Shown: positions 11,008 through 19,152 of the stretch, one piece after another
Layout: each line of letters begins with the position of its first letter
How positions within the stretch are numbered: position 1 is the first letter of the stretch
NCBI GenBank assembly: GCA_029261635.1
Contig: JAJDAW010000013.1
Span: 263-64,262 of the forward strand
Direction of reading: 5' to 3'
DNA length: 64,000 nt
DNA from: Nitrospinaceae bacterium
Lineage (GTDB): Bacteria; Nitrospinota; Nitrospinia; Nitrospinales; VA-1
Program-made: the position numbers and the translations under genes
The notes under the pieces: model-generated
What the model was told of the DNA's origin: nothing
Database searches by the model: none
Seen by the model: the letters and a program-made list of their open reading frames with translations, nothing else

Positions 11008-11835
11008 GTGATCGATAAAGAACCAAAAGTATTTAAGAAGACCCATTCCGATGGGGATAGAGCGAAGCATAAAAAGCAAGAAGAGTTTACTCTTTATGGT
11101 TGGAACGCTTGCATGAGTGCGTTTAAAAAACGCCCTGAAAGTTTGCTACGCTTGTTTTTCAGTCGCGCCCGAGCAACCGAATTGAAAGAAGCAAAAGCTT
11201 GGTGTGCTGAGAAGAAACTTCCTTTTCGCCAGTTGGATCAAGAGTCATTGAATAAAGTAGCATCGGGAATGCATCACGAAGGAATTGTCATGGTGGTGCG
11301 TCCCCGCGTTTGTGGATCGGTTCATAAATTAATTCGTGGCAGTATTCCTGAGAACGGAATCGTGGTAGCCCTTGATGGCATTGATAATCCTCACAATCAG
11401 GGCGCGATCATACGAAGTTGCGCTTATTTCGGAGTGCACGGTTTGATAGTGCCCGGCACGGGAAAAGTGACAGGCATTACCCCTTCCGCCGCAAGGATGG
11501 CTGAAGGCGGGTGGGAGTCGGTCTCGGTTTATAACAGCAGCGATCTATCTTCTTCACTGAGAGATTGTCGCGAGCAAGGTTGGTGTGTAGTGGGTGCCGA
11601 CCCGAGCGCAAAAGAATCCCTTAGCTCGGCAAAGATTCGTTTCCCCGCTGTTCTGGTGCTTGGCAATGAACATGAAGGCCTTTCAGCCCGTGTAAAAAGT
11701 CGTTGCGATACTCTTGTAAACATTCCCGGCAAAGGAGATATGCAATCCTTAAACGTTTCCGTAGCGGCGGGTATTATGCTTGCAGAACTTGATCAACGCA
11801 GAACCAGCGGTAGAAAATCGATAAAATCAAAATGA
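11008..11835 (+). CDS. SpoU/TrmH-family RNA 2'-O-methyltransferase
   Basis: LDGIDNPHNQGAIIRS, LVLGNEHEGLS, IPGKGDMQSLNVSVAAGI motifs; GTG start. Confidence 0.85.
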   Translation: MIDKEPKVFKKTHSDGDRAKHKKQEEFTLYGWNACMSAFKKRPESLLRLFFSRARATELKEAKAWCAEKKLPFRQLDQESLNKVASGMHHEGIVMVVRPRVCGSVHKLIRGSIPENGIVVALDGIDNPHNQGAIIRSCAYFGVHGLIVPGTGKVTGITPSAARMAEGGWESVSVYNSSDLSSSLRDCREQGWCVVGADPSAKESLSSAKIRFPAVLVLGNEHEGLSARVKSRCDTLVNIPGKGDMQSLNVSVAAGIMLAELDQRRTSGRKSIKSK

Positions 11836-12263
11836 TGTTTTTTGCGAAGTTGCACCCCTTAATCGTTCATTTTCCCGTTGCATTGTTAACCAGCGGTGTC
11901 GTGTTTGAAGTTTATGGCAGTTTAAGAAAAGATGAGGTGGTTACAACGGCAGGTCGGTTTAACACACGATTAGGATTCTGGTGCATTTTCCCCGTTTTGT
12001 TGGTGGGTTTTCTGGGGATGTTGAGTCTGGGTAATACGGAAAAATTTAAAGACTTCCTTTCCGACCACCTGCGTTTTGCTTTTCTCACCGCAGCTACTTT
12101 CCTTATTGCGATGGTTGTTTCCCGCTATTTTCGCAGCCGACTCGGTCGAGTGGTTTACTTTCTAGCCCTTGCCGCAGGTCTCGTTTGTGTGCTCCGCACC
12201 GGCTACTACGGCGGAGAACTAGTCCACCGCTTCAACTTACCAGCCAGCGGCTGGGCGCAATAG
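11832..12263 (+). CDS. DUF2231-family membrane protein
   Basis: HPLIVHFPVALL N-terminal motif, 4 predicted TM segments; last codons lie in a REP-like element. Confidence 0.7.
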   Translation: MMFFAKLHPLIVHFPVALLTSGVVFEVYGSLRKDEVVTTAGRFNTRLGFWCIFPVLLVGFLGMLSLGNTEKFKDFLSDHLRFAFLTAATFLIAMVVSRYFRSRLGRVVYFLALAAGLVCVLRTGYYGGELVHRFNLPASGWAQ

Positions 12264-12312
12264 GTCTTTACCCATCAAGCTATCAAATACGGTTGAGCCT
12301 TTTACAATAGGT
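12243..12312 (+). repeat. REP/MITE-like element, long form
   Basis: CCAGC-G-GCTGG hairpin, GCAATAGGTC core (contains the stop of 11832..12263), tail GAGCCTTTTACAATAG. Confidence 0.6.
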
Positions 12313-12387
12313 TCGCAATTATTCCCTAATTAGAGCAGATAAATTTCTTGTGACTATGCATAAAAAATTCTGCTAACAATGCGGGTT

Positions 12388-12416
12388 CTGACCTATTGGC
12401 CCCACGCCGAGTGGAC
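12388..12416 (-). repeat. REP-like element, short form
   Basis: CTGACCTATTGGCCCCACGCCGAGTGGAC; reverse complement gives hairpin + CCAATAGGTCAG; contains stop of 12393..12788. Confidence 0.6.
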
Positions 12417-12788
12417 AAGTTGATAGCCGGAAAAAAGGCAAATGCACATGGTCAACAATCCGACAATGTAAAAGCCTTGAGCCGTTTTAGAAAAAGAATT
12501 GGTGTAGGAGTAGCCAGTAACAAAACCGTAAAGGACTGTGAATAGGAAAGAATAACCTTGGTGCCCTTCCACATCTATCGTTGTGCGCAAGTTGATATCG
12601 ACCGAAACCATTCCCGAAAAACTAGCGACAACAGCAGCCATCAATCCAAGACTGAAATTAAAACTCGCGGCGGAACCAAGTTTCGGGTCGTTTCTCTTTT
12701 TAGATAGAAAAAGCAGGGCCAGCCCTGCAACAAATAAGGCAGGCGGAAAATGCGAAATAAAAGGATGAAATGTAACAGAACTAATCAT
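12393..12788 (-). CDS. DUF2231-family membrane protein (paralog, convergent with 11832..12263)
   Basis: HPFISHFPPALF motif, 4 TM segments. Confidence 0.7.
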   Translation of the reverse strand: MISSVTFHPFISHFPPALFVAGLALLFLSKKRNDPKLGSAASFNFSLGLMAAVVASFSGMVSVDINLRTTIDVEGHQGYSFLFTVLYGFVTGYSYTNSFSKTAQGFYIVGLLTMCICLFSGYQLVHSAWGQ

Positions 12789-12956
12789 ACTGCTCCGCGC
12801 CAGCGTGACGCTGGACTCTAAAGGTCAGGACGCTATCTCCAGACAAAATTGCTTATGCATATTAACAAGATATTTTTCTAGCGAGGGAGGTTTAGATGGA
12901 CGAGTTTAAAAAACTCAATCTAGAGGCTTTATTGAGATAGTTCGCTCAAAAATGTT

Positions 12957-12994
12957 CTGACCTATTTCCTGCGGCGGTTCGCCGCCTAGAGGTC
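12957..12994 (-). repeat. REP-like element, short form
   Basis: CTGACCTATTTCCT + GCGGCG-GTT-CGCCGC hairpin; near-identical hairpin at 34548-34562. Confidence 0.6.
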
Positions 12995-13279
12995 TTTTTT
13001 GATATCGCCGGCGATATCAAGATCCATTTCAGAAAGATTGACATCGACATCGATTTTCGTGGCCGCGCCGATATCTTGTTCTAGGGCATCGATATTAACC
13101 GTTTGTTTGAGGCCTTCAGCTTCATCCATAACGTCCTGTTTCAATCCGCTGAAAGTATGTTGAAATTCTCCCCAGCCCTTGCCGATAGCTTTTGCAAGTT
13201 TAGGAAGGTTTTGCGGGCCAATCACCACAACGGCGATTCCCATAATTATCATCAGCTCAAAAAATCCGATATCAAACAT
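12986..13279 (-). CDS. tatA: Twin-arginine translocase TatA/TatB-family protein
   Basis: MFDIGFFELMIIMGIAVVVIGPQNLPKLAKAIGKG signature, acidic C-terminal tail. Confidence 0.85.
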   Translation of the reverse strand: MFDIGFFELMIIMGIAVVVIGPQNLPKLAKAIGKGWGEFQHTFSGLKQDVMDEAEGLKQTVNIDALEQDIGAATKIDVDVNLSEMDLDIAGDIKKDL

Positions 13280-13421
13280 TCAAATGCTCCTTTTTATTCG
13301 GGTAGGTTTATTTTAGCAGAACCCGAGCCGTTTTTCATCTGTTCCTAGGTAACTATTTTACGGATCCGCTATCCCAGGGGCTTGAAATATCAAGCTATTG
13401 AGGTAGACTGGAGTCAGATTT

Positions 13422-14351
13422 ATGAAAATAGTACGCGGAACTAAAAATATAAGCGGTCCCCTTCCCTACCCTGTGGTGACCTTGGGCAATTTTGACGGGG
13501 TGCATGTAGGCCATCAGATTCTTTTTCGCAAAGCGGCTGAGATTGCCTTAGAGAAAGGCGGCACCTCCATTGCGTTCACGTTCGAGCCTCATCCTTTAAA
13601 AATCATTGCTCCCGAAAAAGTTCCACCCCTGCTGACCCATTTCCACAAAAAAATGGAACTCATCGAAGCCTGTAATATTGATAGCGTCATTTGCGCCGAT
13701 TTCAACCGGCAGTTTGCAGACCAACGACCCCGCGACTTTTCAAAAAATATCCTCAGCGATAAAATTGGCGTAAAAGAAATGGTGGTCGGCTTCGACTATG
13801 CCTTTGGTCGCGGTCGCGAAGGCACCATTCCTTATCTGAAAAAAATGGGAGAGGAATTTGGTTTCATAGTTCATGTGGTCGAGCCGTTCAAACTCGATGG
13901 ATTAACCGTTAGCAGTTCCCATGTCCGCGAAGTAATCGAATCGGGAAACATGGAGTCGGCACGAAATTTTTTGGGTCGCTATTATTCTATCGTCGGACCC
14001 GTAGTTGCCGGGTATAAAACGGGACAGGCTATTGGGTTCCCCACTGCAAATATTGATACCAGCAAAGTTCAGATTCCAGGAACAGGCGTTTATGCAGTGC
14101 GCATGATTTATCAAAATGAATCCTACGATGCTGTAGCGAATATCGGATTTAATCCTACCTTTCACCGCGACCGGTTGAGCGTAGAAGTCCATATCCTTGA
14201 TTTCAATCAAGTGATTTACGGAAAGGAAATAGAAGTGGAATTCATCGCCCGCATCCGTAGCGAAATAGAATTCAAGTCGAAAGAAGAATTGGTCGTTCAG
14301 ATCAACAAAGATATCGAAAAAGCCAAAATTCTGCTTGAGGAATCAGATTGA
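13422..14351 (+). CDS. ribF: Bifunctional riboflavin kinase / FMN adenylyltransferase
   Basis: VVTLGNFDGVHVGHQ, GFPTANI, and C-terminal kinase domain pattern. Confidence 0.95.
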   Translation: MKIVRGTKNISGPLPYPVVTLGNFDGVHVGHQILFRKAAEIALEKGGTSIAFTFEPHPLKIIAPEKVPPLLTHFHKKMELIEACNIDSVICADFNRQFADQRPRDFSKNILSDKIGVKEMVVGFDYAFGRGREGTIPYLKKMGEEFGFIVHVVEPFKLDGLTVSSSHVREVIESGNMESARNFLGRYYSIVGPVVAGYKTGQAIGFPTANIDTSKVQIPGTGVYAVRMIYQNESYDAVANIGFNPTFHRDRLSVEVHILDFNQVIYGKEIEVEFIARIRSEIEFKSKEELVVQINKDIEKAKILLEESD

Positions 14352-15418
14352 AAAAAGTACGACAATCGCTGATAGGGTTGGTCATCGCTTTCGGTGCACT
14401 TTATTACACCCTTAGAAACATTTCCTTTGAAGAGCTGGCAACCTCGCTCAAAAATGCAGAACTCATTTATATATTGCCGGGCCTAGCACTCATTTGCCTT
14501 AGTTACGTCACCCGCGCCTACCGCTGGCAGGCTCTGTTGAGGCCTTTTAAGGAAATCCCCGTGAAAGAGATTTATTCACCCTTGATGATTGGGTTTATGG
14601 GGAGCATCCTTCCTGCAAGAGCAGGTGAAATATTACGAGCTTATGTCGTAGGAAAAAAACATAACATTACCTTTTCTGGAGCCTTTTCGACGATCATCGT
14701 TGAACGGCTGTTTGACCTCATTTGCTTGATGGCTATGTTCGTTTGGGTCTTTGTGTTCAATACAGAAATGTTCGATCCAAATCTGACCTTTTCAGGGGTC
14801 TCCGTGCAGACCATGGCAATAGGATTTGGCCGTTTTTGCTTTGTTCTGGTCTTTGGTTTGTTGGGATTCATGTTTCTACTTACCTGGCAGGAAGAAAAAG
14901 TAAAATCATGGATAAGCTGGTGCATTCGACCCCTATCCGAAAATTGGAAAGAAAAAATAATTTACATGGTGGGTGAGTTTGCCCTGGGGTGCCAAGTCAT
15001 CAAAGATAAAAAATCCTTGATGCAGATAACCATATTCTCAGTTTTGACATGGACTCTGATAGTAGCGTTGTATTATCCATTTTACTTTGCCTTTGACCTG
15101 CAAACCCGGTCGTTAGACTCTCTTCTAATTTTGACCGTGATGGTTTGTATCCTCATTACCGTGTTACCCACTCCGGCCTTTCTTGGGTCTTACAACGCAG
15201 GGGTACTTATAGCCTTGCACGAAATAATGGGGGAAGCAGAAGTGACCGCCGTCAGTTTTGGCATGGTGGTGTGGGCCGCATCGTTTTTTGTAGTATTCGC
15301 AGGTGGGTTTTACTTCATCCTCAGCGATCACATGTCGGTGAAGTCTCTGATGAATGCAGAAGAGGAAGCCGAGTCGGCTCTCGAAGAGGCAGAACATGCC
15401 CCAAAAGATAGCAAATAG
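14348..15418 (+). CDS. Flippase-like (lysyl-PG synthase TM-region, UPF0104) membrane protein
   Basis: Polytopic protein with RAYRWQALLRPF motif; TTG start overlapping ribF stop by 4 nt. Confidence 0.65.
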   Translation: MKKVRQSLIGLVIAFGALYYTLRNISFEELATSLKNAELIYILPGLALICLSYVTRAYRWQALLRPFKEIPVKEIYSPLMIGFMGSILPARAGEILRAYVVGKKHNITFSGAFSTIIVERLFDLICLMAMFVWVFVFNTEMFDPNLTFSGVSVQTMAIGFGRFCFVLVFGLLGFMFLLTWQEEKVKSWISWCIRPLSENWKEKIIYMVGEFALGCQVIKDKKSLMQITIFSVLTWTLIVALYYPFYFAFDLQTRSLDSLLILTVMVCILITVLPTPAFLGSYNAGVLIALHEIMGEAEVTAVSFGMVVWAASFFVVFAGGFYFILSDHMSVKSLMNAEEEAESALEEAEHAPKDSK

Positions 15419-15466
15419 CTTGGTGCTGCCAATGGCAATCGTTCGCTTTTTAATTCGACCTTGGCT

Positions 15467-17215
15467 TTAGGGAGTGGAATATTGCTGGAGAAGTTTCCGT
15501 ATTTCGTTGGCGTCTTTCTGATTAGGGTCCAAGGATAGAGAGCGGGAAAAATAAAGCAGACTCTCTTTCAGGTTTTTTAAATGATAAAAATGCAGTACGC
15601 CCAGATTTTTAAAAACATGCGAAAATCGAGAATCGATCTCGATACATTTTTTGAAATAAATATCTGCCAATTTCCATTTTTTTCGAGCTAAATATATTTC
15701 TCCCAATTTGGCATAAGTTTCTGGAATTTCTGGCTTGAGCTTAAGGGCAGATTGGAAACGCACGATCGCTTCTTCAACTCGACCTTCCTTAAGATATATT
15801 TCTCCCAAATTATATTGAATAACAAAAATACCAGGTCCTTTGAAAAGAGCCTCCTCATAATACCGGACGGCATCTTCTTTATTCCCTTCTATACTATGAG
15901 CCCTTGCCAGATTGATTAAAGGGCGAAGTTTGTCTGGCGATTTTTTATAAGAGTCCGACCATAAAGTTAGCTCGTTTTTCCAGACCCTATTCCTTTCAAT
16001 ATTTAATGTCCCCAGAATAAGAGTCAGTCCGCATAAGATAAAGACACATGACTTTTGATTTTTTAAAGTGTCGAATATACCGTAAGACAAAATAAATACC
16101 ACACCGGGTAAAGCCAGATATACCCGATGCTCTGCGGCGAGATCATGCAGGGTAACGATAGATGAAGAGGGTGAGAGAATTATAAAAAACCAGCTGAGGA
16201 AGAAAATATAAAACCGCCATGCTTTTTGTTTCCACAAATAATAAGCAATAAAAGCGATCAGCATCATGCTTACAATAAAACTAAAGGAAAAAAGATTAGT
16301 CACAACTTCAATGTCGGGATCGACATTTAAATTTATTGGAAATAAAATTTTATGCAGATAATAAAAAACAACCACAGCAGGTTGGCTGAGCATATACTTC
16401 TCTCTGCCCACCATTTCATGGGGGTTCGATGGGCCAATTAGAAAAGTTTCGTCTGAGAGAAGTTTATATAGAAGAAGGCTTGAAAATATAAATACAGCGG
16501 TTGCTATTTGCCATTTCCAATTGAGAAGAAATTTTACAACCGGAGAATCTAAAGGGCAGATGGATATATAGTACAAAAATAGAATCAATGGGAATGTCGC
16601 AAGCGTTTGTTTAACGCTGAACCCGACTGCGGTCAGGAACAGTATGACCAAAAATAATATAATTCTTTTTGGTAGTGAATGGCGTTTGTGTAGATCCAGA
16701 CAGGTTTGGAATAATAAGAAACCAAGCAGATAAAAGGACGATGCAAAAACTTCTGACCGGCTAATTATGTAGATCACTGATTCTGTTTGAATGGGGTGAA
16801 CTAGAAAAATAGTTGCAGCAAAAAAAGAAATAGCAGCATTGTTTCCGCTATTCTTATTTTTGAAATGAAGTAAGGCTTTCTTGAAAATATGAAAAATTAG
16901 AACCGTATTAAAAATATGAATTACGAGATTAAGCACATGGTAGCCAAAGGGACGCAGTTCACCGAGATGAGCGTTAAGCGCCATGGTAATTGATAGAAGC
17001 CCTCTGGCAAAAAAATTCGATATCCAGAATTTCAGGGTTAGCATGGATTCTGGATTCTTCAAGCTCAGGTTGTTTTTTATGTAGGCAACGCTATCAAACT
17101 GGAAGGTGTTTTGTAGATGGTTTCCATAAACAAGAATGCCAATTAAGGCCAAGGCAATGCTGCAATAGATTTTTTGGACCCGTGTTGAGGAAGGAACTAT
17201 CAATTTAGAAACCAT
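15467..17215 (-). CDS. TMTC/DUF1736-like GT-C membrane domain fused to C-terminal TPRs (putative glycosyltransferase), paralog 3
   Basis: First-loop motif FQFDSVAYIKNN, ~10 TM segments, C-terminal TPRs. Confidence 0.6.
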   Translation of the reverse strand: MVSKLIVPSSTRVQKIYCSIALALIGILVYGNHLQNTFQFDSVAYIKNNLSLKNPESMLTLKFWISNFFARGLLSITMALNAHLGELRPFGYHVLNLVIHIFNTVLIFHIFKKALLHFKNKNSGNNAAISFFAATIFLVHPIQTESVIYIISRSEVFASSFYLLGFLLFQTCLDLHKRHSLPKRIILFLVILFLTAVGFSVKQTLATFPLILFLYYISICPLDSPVVKFLLNWKWQIATAVFIFSSLLLYKLLSDETFLIGPSNPHEMVGREKYMLSQPAVVVFYYLHKILFPINLNVDPDIEVVTNLFSFSFIVSMMLIAFIAYYLWKQKAWRFYIFFLSWFFIILSPSSSIVTLHDLAAEHRVYLALPGVVFILSYGIFDTLKNQKSCVFILCGLTLILGTLNIERNRVWKNELTLWSDSYKKSPDKLRPLINLARAHSIEGNKEDAVRYYEEALFKGPGIFVIQYNLGEIYLKEGRVEEAIVRFQSALKLKPEIPETYAKLGEIYLARKKWKLADIYFKKCIEIDSRFSHVFKNLGVLHFYHLKNLKESLLYFSRSLSLDPNQKDANEIRKLLQQYSTP

Positions 17216-17223
17216 AATACCGC

Positions 17224-19152
17224 TTACCGTATTTGTCCAATTGAGAACTGAAGTAGTTTTTTGGCATTAATATTTTCCGGTTGTAGGCTTATTAACTTTT
17301 CCAAATGAGGAATCGCTTTCTTAAAATCTCCACTTTTTATATAAATAGCCGCTAGATTATTATGTATTGTTGGAATATTAGGTTTAATACTCACTACTTT
17401 TTCGAACGAAACTTTGGCCTGATCCACCGCCCCTAAAGTCCAGAAGATGGTGCCCATATTATTGTGGGCTTTATAATGGTTTGGATCAATTTCCAAAGTT
17501 TTACGGTACTGATGTAGAGCATCATCATATAATTTTAGATGTTTATATGAGTTACCAAGGTCGAAATAATAATCGGCCTTAAAAGGTTTCATGCTGATGG
17601 CCTTTTTGAAATAGGGTACAGCCTCTTCAAATCTTCCCAGATTATTTCGAGCAAACCCGGAGTAATAAAAAGTGTCGGATTTTTGGGTTCCGAGACTTAT
17701 TCCAAGATCAAACTTTTCTATAGCTTGTTCCCAGTTTTTCTCACGTCCTGCAATATGACCTAAATTTACGTGCGAATCGATTTGCAAAGGATTAATAGCT
17801 AAAGCCGCTATAAGTGCGGCCTTGGCCTCTCTCAACTGATTGGTTGCCATATAAGCGGTGGCCAGATTATTATGAACCAAGGCCTTTCGAGGTGACTTTT
17901 GAGACGTGTCTTTCCAGAGAGAAATTTCAGATCTGAAATCAAGGGACCGGTTCAAGGTTAAAGTGGATATTAATAGAATAAAAACCAGAAAAAGCACTCG
18001 GGTCATTATCCGGCAGTCTCTGATATTTAAAAACATCCATCCTAAAATCAGGGTAAACCCTAAGCCTGGCAAATAGGTCCGATGTTCCGTCGCCAATTGT
18101 TTTAACGGAATAAAACTGGATGTGGGAAGAAGAGCGATAAGAAACCATAATGCGCCAAATTTTATAAGGTTTGATTTTTGTCTGAAAATCACGATTCCCG
18201 CTATGAGGAGGATTGTTAGAGAAATAATCCAATCCCAATGGAACCAACTATTATAAAAGACTATATCTGGTTCAAAGTTTAAATTGACGGGAGCTAACAA
18301 TTTTACCAGGTAATAACCCACGACCACTTTTATTTGGCTTAATAAATAGAGCAGGCGATGGGTGTCCCCTGAAGTAGGGTCGGCCTTAAGTGAAAAAAGG
18401 TTTCCTTGTTCGAAATATCTATAGCCCAGGAAAATCCCTAGTAAAAATAATATGGATATAAATTTTGGAATTAAACTTTTTCTTTTTTCATTAGGCGTTG
18501 CTAACCATAGATAAACGATCGCTATCAAAGGAAAGGAAGCTACAATTTCTTTTGAGGCAATTCCCAGAAATAAAATCAATAAAAGACTAAGGATCAGTAT
18601 AGGAGTTCGGAGCTTGGAGGCTTCTTCCTTGGCCGGTTTTAGAATTTTTAGAAAAATATAGAAAGCCAGTAAATAAAAAAAGGTGGCCAATAATGATGAT
18701 CGGCTGGATATGTAAGTTACTGCTTGCACATTCAAAGGGTTTATCAGATGAATGATCGAGCAGACCAGTGGTAAGGTTTTTAGTTGAGATCGATTGTTAA
18801 ATGGTTCGATGCTTAGAAAATCTTTAACAAGAAAAAACCAAAGGATTGCGCTAAGGATGTGGATTAAAATATTAACGAGATGATACCCAAAGACCTCCAT
18901 CTCTCCTAGGTGTTGGTTGACCGTAAAAGAAAACAAGAGTGCGGATCTGTTGAAAATATTCTGAATGCCTACCTTCTCCTGGAATTTGCTCAGGTCTTTT
19001 ATATGCGGGTTTTCAACGATTGCATGTGCGTCATCATAGTGAAACGGGGAATGCAGGGTTCCGTAGAATACGAGTAATCCCAAACAACAAAGAAAAAAAA
19101 TGGCCTTGATCTGGGACGCTATGGGATCAAAATTTTGCGAATGAGGAGTCAT
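17224..19152 (-). CDS. TMTC/DUF1736-like GT-C membrane domain + TPR protein, paralog 2
   Basis: FHYDDAHAIVENPHI loop motif, LATEHRTYLP motif shared with paralogs, 6-7 C-terminal TPRs. Confidence 0.6.
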   Translation of the reverse strand: MTPHSQNFDPIASQIKAIFFLCCLGLLVFYGTLHSPFHYDDAHAIVENPHIKDLSKFQEKVGIQNIFNRSALLFSFTVNQHLGEMEVFGYHLVNILIHILSAILWFFLVKDFLSIEPFNNRSQLKTLPLVCSIIHLINPLNVQAVTYISSRSSLLATFFYLLAFYIFLKILKPAKEEASKLRTPILILSLLLILFLGIASKEIVASFPLIAIVYLWLATPNEKRKSLIPKFISILFLLGIFLGYRYFEQGNLFSLKADPTSGDTHRLLYLLSQIKVVVGYYLVKLLAPVNLNFEPDIVFYNSWFHWDWIISLTILLIAGIVIFRQKSNLIKFGALWFLIALLPTSSFIPLKQLATEHRTYLPGLGFTLILGWMFLNIRDCRIMTRVLFLVFILLISTLTLNRSLDFRSEISLWKDTSQKSPRKALVHNNLATAYMATNQLREAKAALIAALAINPLQIDSHVNLGHIAGREKNWEQAIEKFDLGISLGTQKSDTFYYSGFARNNLGRFEEAVPYFKKAISMKPFKADYYFDLGNSYKHLKLYDDALHQYRKTLEIDPNHYKAHNNMGTIFWTLGAVDQAKVSFEKVVSIKPNIPTIHNNLAAIYIKSGDFKKAIPHLEKLISLQPENINAKKLLQFSIGQIR

